From: Octopus bimaculoides
Taxonomy: Eukaryota
DNA: 64,000 nt
Assembly (NCBI RefSeq): GCF_001194135.2
Contig: NC_068999.1
Location: 50,984,727-51,048,726 of the forward strand
Direction of reading: 5' to 3'
Part shown: positions 1-11,820 of the stretch, piece after piece
Layout of the letters: each line of letters opens with the position of its first letter
Position numbering within the stretch: position 1 is the first letter of the stretch
Notes under the pieces: generated by a model
What the model was told of the DNA's origin: nothing
What the model saw: the letters and a program-made list of their open reading frames with translations, nothing else
Database searches by the model: none
Program-made: the position numbers and the translations under genes

Positions 1-54
<54 letters not shown>

Positions 55-1344
55 TATTTGTATGTATGTATATATATGCTTGTGTGTTTGTCTACACACA
101 CACGTGTGTTTGTAAATTTATACTGATTTAATATATAATACCAATGCACAAGGAATGAAATATATATTGTAAAATACAGCTACTAATGCGATACAGTCAA
201 TATTTTAGCCAGATAAGATGGCGGAAGCAATGCCATACACCGCATTTATGTACGCGGTTTTCTTCTGTCTGTATTGCTGGAAATAGATCTGGCCCTTTCG
301 AATGTCAATTTTGTAGCTTCCAGGCCGGTTTATTCACTATACTGTTTACTGGAAAATCCTTTCATGTCTTCTTTACTTATAACATAGTTTTGATTCGGTT
401 GCAAACGTTTTGCCGTATCCGGTTTTGTTCTTTAAATTTACAGAAACTTTAGAGTGGCCTTTGTGTTTACTTAGTATCGACTAAGAGGGGATCAACAAGT
501 ATACCGAACGCAACAACCTCATCAGTTGTGGATTTTGACGAAAAATAAAAAGAAAGAAAACCGTTTCCACTTCTCAGCCAAAATAACAAAAAGAAAGAAA
601 GAAAGAAAGAAAGATAAATGCACAAACGATCCATTAGAGTTATTAGACTAATACGTTATCGTATTTATCTCTGTAGCTTTTTTCCTTAACTTCAAATACA
701 CTCTCACATGTGTTCCTCTTAAAGAAATAAAATGTAAAATAAATCATGAGATTTTGAAGAATGCACTTAACTAGAAAAAAAAAACTACCATTATGTTTTA
801 TATAACCATTTACATAATAATAAAGGATTTCTCTGTCGATGAACGAGCATTCTTTGGATGTCAAACATATAGAGCTTGTTCGAAAGACTGCAGGATTCAG
901 TAACAGCATCACGTGACCGAAAATGCCCAAGAAATAAATGGCAACAGCATTTAACTTATATACGTTGAGAATGATCATTTTGAGTTTCGGTATAGGTGTG
1001 TATGATGCTGATAATATGCTTCTTTATTCGTGTGCATGTACTAGAATGCGAACATGTGTGATTCTGTAAGTCAAATACAGAGAAACAGCATATGTGTTTA
1101 TAAATCTAAGCGTCTATCGTTTCAGAAAATATGTTTTTTATGTTCACGTAATTGCTTGTGTAGTAATGTGTTATTCTATATTCCAGAAATACAGGGATCG
1201 TATATAATATAATATATATTAAGTGAGTACCAACTTATCTATCACATATGTATGCATGTACGCACAAACACATACACAGACTCACATATATATGTATATA
1301 CAAATAAACATATACATCCACCTACCCATGCATACAATCATGTG

Positions 1345-1358
1345 TATACACACACACA

Positions 1359-1418
<60 letters not shown>
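1345..1418. repeat. (CA)n microsatellite
   Basis: Read directly; representative of dozens of (CA)n, (TA)n and (TACA)n tracts in the window. Confidence 0.95.
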
Positions 1419-1422
<4 letters not shown>

Positions 1423-3601
1423 AACACACGTATTTATATATATTAGCGATTCGAAATTACACAAAGAAAATTTCTTAACTTCATTAATCCTTTGTCCCGA
1501 TCTTTCTTCATTAATTAAGTCTTCATTATTTACGTCATTGTAGCGCTGTTTCTGAAGAGATGGATCTCGTAGCACAGATTGTTTTGTGAAATGACTGAAA
1601 TGATTTCAAGCAGGGATGGAAACCGCAACACTCATCTGCACCACTTTTCCTAAGTTTACTTACGAGTTTGGAGAGTTCACAAATGATTAATTATACTTGC
1701 AGTTATTCGAAAGTATGCCTTGTGGATTAAAAAGTGCAAAAAGCGAAGTTTTGCCACTAACTGTAACTAACCAGGGGATTGGGAAGTAATTTTATTTTTA
1801 TTAGTGAATAGTTGTTAACAATTTTATTAGAGTCTTCCGAAGGAGGATAAAAAAAAGAAAAGAAATGTATGTATAAAACTAAAACTAACATAGCTATCAA
1901 CGAGAAAATCGATGACCGTTCTGTAAAAATTCCGTTGAGAAATCTCCAGTTTCATGTATTTTAAAATCCAGAACTTTAGATTTTTCTCTATTTACTGATA
2001 ACCTTTCGCTTCATCTTTATTTTCTTCCCTCACATACGAGATCTATAACTCGTTTGTCATGCCACTCGTAAATCTTCGATAAAACCCGCTAGAGATAAAA
2101 AGAAAACGCTTAAATACACTTTAAAAGTGTTTTTTCAAACGTTAAAATCTTTGTTCAGATATCGGCGGTTAAAAGTTAAAGAGTAACGAAAAGAAAACAT
2201 CAATAAAATTATGTAGTGCGGGGCATAATTAAACAATGATACGTTACTCTTTATTACTAGTTTTGTTTTAATTTAATTTAATTTTGCGTGGTTTTATTTT
2301 TAATATTCATAATCTCTTGATATTCTTTCTGATATGGAACTGTCTATATCTCCCGAGGCTACTGTTTGCACGCATATCTAATTTATAATGAACTCTAAAA
2401 ATTAAAATAAACTATCAATAGAAATATGATATGAAATATTAAAATTAGGAAATGAAAGAAAATGCTAAAGCTAAAATGTGTATCATATTTTTTTTCAATC
2501 TAAAATCTCTGTTGTTCTGGTTGTAGCTGAAACTACTGATATTAATCAAATATTATTTTAGTAAAGTTATAATGTTTCAATTGCATGAATGCCGGTTCGT
2601 ATTGTAAAGAAAACTAAAAAAATAAAACAACAAAAATTATATGAAAGAAATAAATAAAAGATTGCGAAACCATTGCTTAAACCAAAAAAGCACATTGTGC
2701 TAGGAAGGAGGCTTTACCTTTGGGGTGAGAGATAAACCATTTGCTTTATTCAGTGAATGTTCAATGAACCCCAACATGTAGCAGAGATTCATGAACGAAC
2801 ACTGAACATAGCTAAAATAGTGCCGAAGAGAATTGAAATGTTTTGATCTGCAGTTGGACATTATAAAGGACTTAATCACTAAATACCCACTTTAACAATG
2901 CTTTGATTTCTTCCCTAACGTGTTACCAACGAAGCAAATAATTTTCTTGCATCGTTATGAGGTAAGTGAAATGGAAGCGGTTGTTAACAATAGAAATATT
3001 AATAATAATTATTATAGCTGACTCTAATACAGTTAATCGTCATTCTTAACAAAGCTGGCTTTAATAATGATTTCTAACTTTAGCTTAATGTCATGCACAT
3101 TTTTGTCATTCTTCGTCGAGCTTGTGATATTTAGCCCGGGTCAAACCATATCGTGCAAACCTGTGATCAAAGGCTTTATTCTCTTAGATTCTTGCCCGTC
3201 TTTCAAGCATTGCGTATATTCAAATACAATATCCGACGTCACCTTCCCTTTCTGTGTTACTGATGTCAATTTTACGACTTTTCTATCATATTGGAGCAAA
3301 CACGTAGGGAAATCCATAATAGCTTTGTTAGCATAGGCAAAACCGAATGAAATCAACTCTAGTGTACAAGTGTCCTTTATTTCATCACCCCCACCGGGAA
3401 AGGCTTGGCAAAACTTGAACTCAGAAAATAAATAGAAGTTTATGAATACATTTGATTTTAGTCAGATGCAGTAAGATTTCTTTCATTGATTAATCTTAGG
3501 TGTTTAACTAATTTATATAAAAAGAAATTAAAGACTTCCAAATCATTACCGCGTCGAGATATCAACCGAGAATGCAAAGAAAGAAGAAATCTCTTCAATA
3601 G

Positions 3602-3707
3602 TTATTTACATTATTTATATTTGACGGATATTTGTCCTCATTTTGTTTGTTGTTAACACAACGTTTCGGCTGATATACCCTCCGGCTCTTAACCACTACG
3701 CCATATG
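3602..3707 (-). mobile_element. Inverted, internally deleted copy of the family D SINE
   Basis: 3685-3707 is the exact reverse complement of 3716-3738 (23 bp). 3602-3684 is the reverse complement of about 3920-4003 with scattered substitutions. Confidence 0.85.
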
Positions 3708-3712
3708 ATCGT

Positions 3713-3783
3713 GGGCATATGGCGTAGTGGTTAAGAGCACTGGTTACTAACCTGAAGATTCCGAGTTCGATTCCAAGCAGTGA

Positions 3784-3852
<69 letters not shown>

Positions 3853-4030
3853 TGACATCAAAAAATACCTTAGGAATGAGAACTCAGGTTCGAAATTTCG
3901 CCAAGACACCTGATGAAGGCTGGAGAGTATACCAGCCGAAACGTTGTGTTAACAACAAAGAAGATGAGGACAAATATCCGTCGAATGTAAATAATTTAAA
4001 TAATGTATATAATTCCTAATCTCTTAAATG
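3713..4030 (+). mobile_element. tRNA-derived SINE (family D) with internal (AAT)n and a hammerhead-ribozyme-bearing 3' part
   Basis: Head GGGCATATGGCGTAGTGGTTAAGAGC has an A-box-like TGGCGTAGTGG and a B-box GAGTTCGATTCC (about 3763-3774). It is followed by (AAT)n at 3789-3851, a unique body, the HHR motif at 3905-3950 and an AT-rich tail. The 3' boundary is approximate. Confidence 0.8.
3905..3950 (+). ncRNA. Minimal type I hammerhead ribozyme motif (dimeric, Penelope-like type)
   Basis: Stem I GACAC (3905-3909) pairs with GTGTT (3946-3950). Core CTGATGA lies at 3910-3916, followed by one extra A at 3917. Stem II GGCTGG (3918-3923) pairs with CCAGCC (3932-3937). GAAA is at 3938-3941, then C-GTT; the palindromic AACGTT gives a loopless stem III with a GUU cleavage triplet at 3943-3945. 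Confidence 0.7.
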
Positions 4031-5734
4031 TAGAACTGTATTATCTTTGATAGTTGTTTGTAAATTAGATACAGGGCCAACAATCGTTAGGTGTGTATTA
4101 GTGGGATCAACGTCGATTATATCCCCTAAAGAATTTACTTGGAGGTGTATTTTGTCGACTCTGGAAAATGAGGAACAGAATCGTCCTTAGTTGATTTCAA
4201 ATCTTACAATTCTATCTTCGAGTTATATCAAGGTTTAAATTTATGAGTTTTCATAATGTACGCTATACGAGATATTACCTTTTTGTAACATATTCTATTA
4301 TAATACACACATACACACACGCGTGTGTGTGTAGTGATATGCATATACACACATACTTATACATGTGTAAGTTCGTGTGTATCAGTGTTAAATTTCGATG
4401 GATAACACAGCTTATTAAAATACATATTATTGTGGATTGGGACCATATATAATGCATTATGCAAACGTTTCTTAATTTACATTTTACTTCCAAATGCATA
4501 ATTAATATCAGCAACAACTTTACACTATCTGTGGCCATCAAAATATCTCTTTATCTCTCATCTGGCTTTAGAAGAATCATCCAAATTGAATTTTTAATTG
4601 CAAAAGCTTTCAGTTAATTTACATCTCTTTCGTTTCCAGAAACTGCGAACACAAGTCAATATAGCGTATGCTTCAAAAACTGTTATTAATAATAACGCGT
4701 CCTTGAGCATTTCCTCAATATAAAAGCATTTCCATTTACAGTATAGCATACAGCTGAGTATCTCTCTGGACGCCTCATGAAAGTGCTGTATCATCTGCAA
4801 TATAAACCTGTTTTTTTACTATTTTCGAGTAATCCTTCTCAATATCAATCGGATGCGTTTTCGCTTCATTTAACATAATTAGAATATTTAATTATATGTA
4901 ATCAGCCTTTTAAACGGAATGCTAATTCAAGTTTAAATTCGTTTAGTTTTCTTTCCGGCTTTTAAAATTCACTGCGAAATCCGTCGAAAGTGAAGTGTGC
5001 TGCTAAAATTACAAGAGTTAAGTTCAGTTATGTTGCTAGCAAAGACTACAGATTTATAAATTCAAATATTTCTGCATTAGCGCATAGAATAATAATCAAA
5101 TTAAAAGAAAATTTGTTTGTAATGTAATTAAATAGATAGACTCTCGTGAGAAATCGAAGATTTAATTGTACTTTACATGCAGCATTTCATTTCGTTAATA
5201 TTGTTAGAAACAATCACGTAATGCTTAGATCAATATGAAACTAGTTTTAATATTTAATTAAAGACACCCAATCCTGTTTGTTTTTGATATTTGATTTCCT
5301 GTTCCTTCCAGCAGCGTTCTTTGTGTAGTCTTATATTATTTGATTAGGTGTACATCCATCGAAATTGGTTTCGTTTTAAGTAGTCGTCCACACATACGTA
5401 TGCATATGAACGTTTGGAGCAAGAAAAGGTTCTGCGTAAAATAACTACGTATCTAATTAAATAAAGCTATAAATCACGGGCGTATAAATGTCAAAACTGT
5501 TGATGTTATATCAAACCTTAGATTATATTTGGTGGAGTTATATATTGTAAACACACAAGCATATACGTTTACCGTTGCTTTTATTATTCATCTCTGATCA
5601 GCGTTGTTGTGCTCTGTTAGAATTCGTTAAATATTACAACTGATTCTAATGCTGATATCAAAACATTTCACTTACACGGGTGGGGGGAGATTACAGCATG
5701 ACGACGACTAGAAATTTCTAGGAGAAACGTTTAA

Positions 5735-5878
5735 TTGATAGCATTAAACCCCAGTGTTTGACTGGTACTTTATTTTATCGAGGCCGTAACGTAGGAAGGA
5801 AAATTTGACCTCGGTGCAATTTGAACTCAGAACGCAAAGAGAGAGAATAAACATAGATGCTTTTCGCGATTCTGCCAG
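5735..5878 (-). mobile_element. Degenerate tRNA-SINE, family B
   Basis: Reverse complement contains TTCTGAGTTCAAATTGCACCGAGGTC...CGATAAAATAAAGTACCAGTC...CACTGGGG, matching the well-preserved copy at 11618-11820. Confidence 0.7.
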
Positions 5879-6039
5879 GTGCTTTATTTAATCGACAGCG
5901 AGGAGTTGAAAGGCGAACTGGAGCAAAAACTGATTCAGCCCTTCTTGTACCCGCACACGTGGTTCGGAACGGAAAGCCAGAGTATTCTATCGATCTGTGC
6001 CTCTTAGAATAGATAAATAGAGAGCTGTAGCTGTTTACA

Positions 6040-6205
6040 TTTGCCCCCTGCCATCCCCTGACAACTGGTGTGGGTTTGTTTGTGTCTCAGTAACCTAACT
6101 GTTCGGCAAAAAGATAGGGATAACTTAAGTACCAGGATGTAATAAATAAAAAAATTGTTCTGGCGTCTATTTGGTCAACTTAAAACTTACAAGGCTGTGC
6201 CTAAT
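6040..6205 (+). mobile_element. Degenerate 3' half of family A SINE
   Basis: TGACAACTGGTGTGGGTTTGTTT...GTAACCTAACTGTTCGGCAAAAAGA...AAGTACCAGG aligns by eye with 63560-63690. Confidence 0.55.
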
Positions 6206-7163
6206 GAAATGAAGGAAACAACTAAAAGATAAAATATAGCAGATACGGTTCTGGTCTACGTTGGGCAGAGCTCTAGATTGTGAAAACCTAACTTGAAGCG
6301 TATTTAACAGATACAGCATATCTCATTAAAGCATTTTGTTTCATTAATCGAATAACTAGTATATTCAGCGTCGCAGACTATGCAAAATTCATTATGATGC
6401 CCCAACCCCCTCAAAGAAAAAAAAACAACAGAAAATTACACTGAACTCTTCTATTTTTCTGGGGTTTAAGTTCTGTAATAATTAATAAGAAATAAATTGA
6501 AGATATAAATTGGGAAAAAAAAAATAAATAAAATAGAATAACAACAATTGACTACGGACGAAAAATAAAAATAAGAACCTATTTTAAAATTCTTGATGCA
6601 ATCAACTATTCCTTAGATATCATCCATTCGTTTGCTAAATCACCATGGTTCATGTTTATATATAGAATAAGCATGGATGTGTATATTTATATTCATCCAT
6701 CGATGTTTGTGTATTGAGACGTGTAACTATAACTGATATATCAGCAACGAATATCGTGCCTGGTTGTTATGCAAGGCATCTAGTATATATGTATATAAAT
6801 ATATATATACANNNNNNNNNNNNNNNNNNNNNNNNNNNNNNNNNNNNNNNNNNNNNNNNNNNNNNNNNNTATATATATATATGTGTGTATGTATATATAT
6901 ATATATATACGTGTATGTATGTATGTTTTTTGAGTGTGTCTCAGACAATTCTTTGTCTCGTCTCCAAGCAGTGAAGTATATATAAACTCACATTCAAGTT
7001 ACGGACGAATGAAATTCAATGGAAGATATAAGATGAAGATGTTGAAAAGAACTACCATATCAACGGTTTCACTTTCATTTGCATACATACATACATGTAT
7101 ACATACAAACATACATACATACATAATATATATATATATATACGTGTGTGTGTGTATGAATAT

Positions 7164-7201
<38 letters not shown>

Positions 7202-7484
7202 TTATATACATATATACATATATACATACATACATATATACATACATAGAGAAGGATGTACACATTTGTATATTTATGTGCATTCACGTTTGAGATGTAC
7301 ATTTATTCAACGAATATTTTGGGAAGTGTATATATACATACACACATATATATATATCAACATATGCTGATGTACTGTAACCTGTTCGTGTGCTCCTCTG
7401 TGTGTATGGCTTTGTATGCTTCCGTATGGTTGTGTGACCGAAGTGTGTATATTTGTGTTTGTGATTGTGGGTGTTTGTGTTTGT

Positions 7485-7525
<41 letters not shown>

Positions 7526-7600
7526 CGTGTGTGTGTGTGTGTGATGGTGATTTTATAATGCTGTGACGTCTGTGTACATTGGTCTTCCATTTTACGTATG

Positions 7601-7634
<34 letters not shown>

Positions 7635-9284
7635 TATACATGCGTATATATACGTGTGTGTGTGTGTGTGTGTTTGTGTGTGTATGACTAATTAACTTAT
7701 CTCCTTTAGACGTCATTCTCAATGGTGAATATAAGTGGACTTTTCCTTGAATAGATGGAGTTTATAAAACAGATGTAAACGCCAACGTTTGTTCAGATTC
7801 TTAAACAACTTCAAATACTGAATCAATATTTCATAATATTTCTATCACGAAGTATTTCGCTAATTTAAATGTCAAAGAGACATACCACCAGAGAGAAATG
7901 TCGTCTGAAGCAAGAAATATTACTAAACCAAATACTACACCAACGTGTCTTTTATGTGTCTTCATCGTAGAATCAAGGAAGCTGACGCTCTTTCAGATAG
8001 CAACTGAAATTTGGAAGTGTTTGGAAGTGACATTGATAATGTTATTTATTACCATGATGGATACATAAACGATAAAACTGTTGGCAGCTTACATACCAAG
8101 CCGAGTAAGATCGTAAAAGGATTGAAATTATCAAGCGCTGTGATGAATCGCGATAAGGCTACGCGTGAAGCTGAAGAATTGTCTTCAGGGAGACATAGAG
8201 TGACAAAAATATGGCACATAGCCAAATCACATGTTATTTTGAGAATTATGAAAGGAGAACTGATTTATGACGAAGAGGAATTAGTACCGTACTAATTTCT
8301 ATGAGAAATATATTGAAACATGTTCAGAGCGTATACACTTATTCTTAGTTTATTTTGTATTCATGGTGCTCTGTTATCTGGAAGAGTCCACCTGCAGAAT
8401 AAATAAAAACATAAAATACTGATGTTTCTGTCAAAATTAGTTACCTTTGTGTAAACAATGTTTAACCAAAATCTGACATCTGTGTAAAGGCTATGTTAGG
8501 GAAATTTCAGTCTCATTATTTTTGTGAAAATCATTTTAACAAATAAGAGAATATATCCAAAGATGAGCCTTGGCTCAAACAAACACATAGGCATGCACAC
8601 ACTGAGGCAATACCATTTGCTGGACTGGTCAATAGAATTCTGAATAAAATTACGAAGTAAATGCAAGCTTGAATGACTGTCCAGGAGGCTGAAGTTATAA
8701 AGGAAAATGACTTGACGTGGCGTTGAACGCACTCAGATCGTCATTGCAAATCGAGTTAACGCTTAAGTAAATATCAATAGTGTCGTGTCTAAAATCATTT
8801 TAATAGTGAATTTGAAAGCGACTGGAGAGGAAAGAGGACGAAAATGGGGAGCGGAGATGTGTATATATAAAATGTAAGATTGAGACAAGTGAACACTAGT
8901 GTATATATCGACACCGGGCAAATGAATGATACACTAAGACTAATATTAATATTACTAGGTGTCGTAATTGATAACCACTACAGTTTGATGTAGTATTAGA
9001 GTAAAAGACTATAAGCTTTGTTGTTGATTGAATCAATGCCAGTCAGAGATAATGCGGTTTCAGCTAATGTCTTTCTCGATTTCCTCTCATTCCGGTTCAT
9101 TTCTGGCTCATCCAATTGACGTGTCTGGTGTCTTAGTGAAGGATTTATCCATTGCAATTAAATGTGAAGAAGAGGGGAAACAACATATACCTATTTGTCC
9201 ATTTATCTATCTATCTAATTATCTATATATCTATCTTCTTCCCTTTTCTCTCGCTCTCCTTCTCTGACTCTGTCGTTCTCTCTC

Positions 9285-9326
<42 letters not shown>

Positions 9327-9532
9327 TATATATGTGTATTCATCTGTGTGTATCTCTGTGTCTATCTATGTGTATGTAGGGTTATATGCACTAATATACA
9401 TGCACATCATTACATAAGCTCATATGCCGGCGTTAATACACACACAAACACAATTTATGCCTATTGACACACATACACTCACACACACACAAATAGAAAC
9501 ACGAACACACAAACACATATGCATATATACAG

Positions 9533-9648
9533 GACAGGCTTCTTCCAGTTTCCATCTACTACTAAATCCACTCACAACGTTTTGGTGGGCCCGAGGCTAT
9601 AATTAATGATACTTGCCCAAGTTGACATAGTGGAACTGAACCTGGAAC
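9533..9648 (-). mobile_element. Family A SINE fragment (5' body)
   Basis: ACAGGCTTCTTCCAGTTTCCATCTAC...AAATCCACTCAC...GGCCCGAGGCTATA...ACTTGCCCAAG matches the reverse complement of 63350-63455 and the copy at 19450-19560. Confidence 0.75.
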
Positions 9649-9682
9649 TATACATACATACATACATATACATACACGTGCA

Positions 9683-10235
9683 CAGGGTGCGTAAGGTATT
9701 TGAGGACACTTTTTCGGGTAATTGCTGCATTTTTTCATTTTTTGCTAACTGTATAATCTTTGTTTCAGAAAATAATAATAGCAGACTCTCAGCTTTCTCC
9801 AGAAATGAAGAGGCATGCTGTTATTATGGTTATAAATGCTGAGCATAGCGATTTAGAAATATCTCAATTGTTTAAGTTGCCAAATCTTTCGTCTTCAAAG
9901 TTTGTAAGGAGATAGAGACTGAAGATGGAAACGTATCGCCGTATCAGAGTATAAAAAGCATTCTAAACGTTCTGAAATCATCAGAATTTATCCAACAAGT
10001 TCAACAGACCATTGATTAAAATCCCAGAGAGTCCATGAGGTAAATTGCAAAAGAGAACTCCATGTGTCAGAAGGAACAATCAGAAATGTTGTCCCCAAAG
10101 ACATCAGATATAAGTCTTATGTAATGAGGAAAGGTTTATTTGTCAGAAAAAGCCAAAGAAAATCACTGCATCAGAATTAAATGGCTCTTCAACAAACTGA
10201 AAAATCCAGCAGAAGAAGATTTGATTTGGCTTTTC
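9683..10235 (+). mobile_element. Tc1/mariner-superfamily (DD37D/maT-like) transposon 5' part, decayed
   Basis: Starts with TIR-like CAGGGTGCG. The ATG at 9805 opens a frameshifted reading MKRHAVIMVINAEHSDLEISQ...LHVSEGTIRNVVPKDIRYKSYVMRKG...NKLKNPAEEDLIWLFS, which has the HTH region typical of these transposases and breaks off where the first catalytic D (FSDEK) is expected. The subfamily call is from recalled motifs. Confidence 0.7.
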
Positions 10236-11617
10236 TCAAGAAGCTTCCGCTTGCCAAATTTATTCACAAAGCATTTGCTGTCATAGTTATGTAATAGAAA
10301 GCATTTACCCTCAATTTTGCATATTGGGACAAAAGCTGAGAACATGTGGAAGGACAATTATTGCCTCATTTATAAAAAAAAAACATGCATATACTTAAAA
10401 TTAGCAGGTCTGCCAGATGCATACAGTTGTTTAACCTCTTGACACCTTTAGGATTACGGCTTTTTCGTCACATTCTTCATGTAGTAATATTCTCAGTGTG
10501 GAATAAATAACGTTTCTATATTTCCATTAATATTCAAAAGTTCCACGGTCTGGGCGTAGATATGGTTGTATAAAAAGTGATGCACGAGATGGGTCAATGG
10601 TAAAAGCAAGAGCGAAAAAATGATTTTCTGGTTTATTACAGCATTTGCATATGTAGGTAAAAGTGGTATGGAAAGTCATCCACACAACACCAGGAAGAAA
10701 ACCGTTGAACGTGTTCCTTATTAGTCTTGTGTGTTTTTTTTTTAATTTAGCTTTAATTAAATTTGTGCTTCAACATTGATTTCTTGTTTTCTATAGCTGG
10801 CTTTTAGTGGAAAAGGATTTCACACAAAAAAATCATGGACCAAGTAGTTGTGCATCGCTGATCTAAAGTACATCGCCTTATGAGAAATTTCAGTAGGTCA
10901 CTTCACTTTTTTCAATGAAAATGTTTTGCTTTTATATACACCGGGAATTTTTAAATATAATAATACACAAGGCATACAATTTCATATTAGTTTATTGCAT
11001 ATATGAGTTTATGCATTGTAGTGTAACAATTATGGTATATGAAACAGAAAATATTGAATTTCGTATAGCTTAGTGCAGTGAAAAATATTTATTGAATGGC
11101 CTTTATCTTAATAATACCTAAGCCACGAACAAATTCTGGAGGAGTATAGAGTAGTAAAGATGAATTTTATTGTAAGTTCTTGTTATTCAAGCTAGGCTCA
11201 GCGCCGTTTCAATAGCCTTGTGATCAAAGCAGATAAAGCTGCATATATTTTTTAATTATATCATCCTGAATGCATTCGTATATATTTCCACGACAGGTTT
11301 AACGAAGAATAATTCGGTGCTATTTCTATCATGTCACTCATATGTAAATATAAAAGAGAAACAAAACTGACTACTTATCAGGGATAGTTCTGATTAAGTT
11401 GATTAAGTTCTGATGAAATGAAATTATCTAAATGGTTCGATAGTTTGTGAAAGGTTGTGGAAGGACCCTGGCCACACCCATGAGATCAAAAAGGAACTGA
11501 CGAATTTCAATAAAATATAGAAACTGTGTGAAGTGGAGGCAATTGACAATCAGCAGTTGACAACGTTCATCGTTCGCATTCGATTACTGTGTTAGTTTAA
11601 TATCGTACTTACATTAA

Positions 11618-11820
11618 GGCGGAGAGCTGGCAGAAACGTTAGCACGCTGAGCGGTATTTCGTCTGTCTTTCGATCTGAGTTCAAATTCCGCCGAGGTCGA
11701 CTTTGCCTGTCATCCTTTCGGGGTCGATCAATTAAATACCACTTGCGTACAGGGGTCGATCTAATCTCACTGGCCCCCTGCCCAAAATTTTCGGGCCTTG
11801 TGCCTAGAGTAGAAGAGAAT
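11618..11820 (+). mobile_element. tRNA-derived SINE, family B (best-preserved copy)
   Basis: A-box-like TGGCAGAAACG, B-box GAGTTCAAATTCC, then the motif CTTTGCCTGTCATCCTTTCGGGGTCGAT. At least seven diverged relatives occur in the window. Confidence 0.85.

Noticed and set aside
460-535. Second possible hammerhead on the minus strand (CTGATGAGG...CCTC...GATAC-TAA-GTA)
   Set aside because: GAAA is replaced by GATA, stem II geometry is non-canonical and no stem I pairing exists.
1223-1575. ORFs rich in HT/YI/CV/VC dipeptides here and throughout the track (7000-7700, 29859-30347, 36752-37828, 58074-60088, 61724-62184)
   Set aside because: They are translations of (CA)n, (TA)n and (TACA)n microsatellites or run through N gaps.
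2854-2961. Exon-like segment (TGCAG acceptor, GAG/GTAAGT donor)
   Set aside because: All three frames contain stops. A non-coding exon cannot be supported without transcript data.
3141-3356. 71-aa minus-strand ORF
   Set aside because: Its 5' end runs out of a degenerate family B SINE (3345-3430), there is no recognisable motif and no good splice context.
3595-3909. 104-aa minus-strand ORF with poly-Leu
   Set aside because: The poly-Leu comes from the (AAT)n tract inside the family D SINE.
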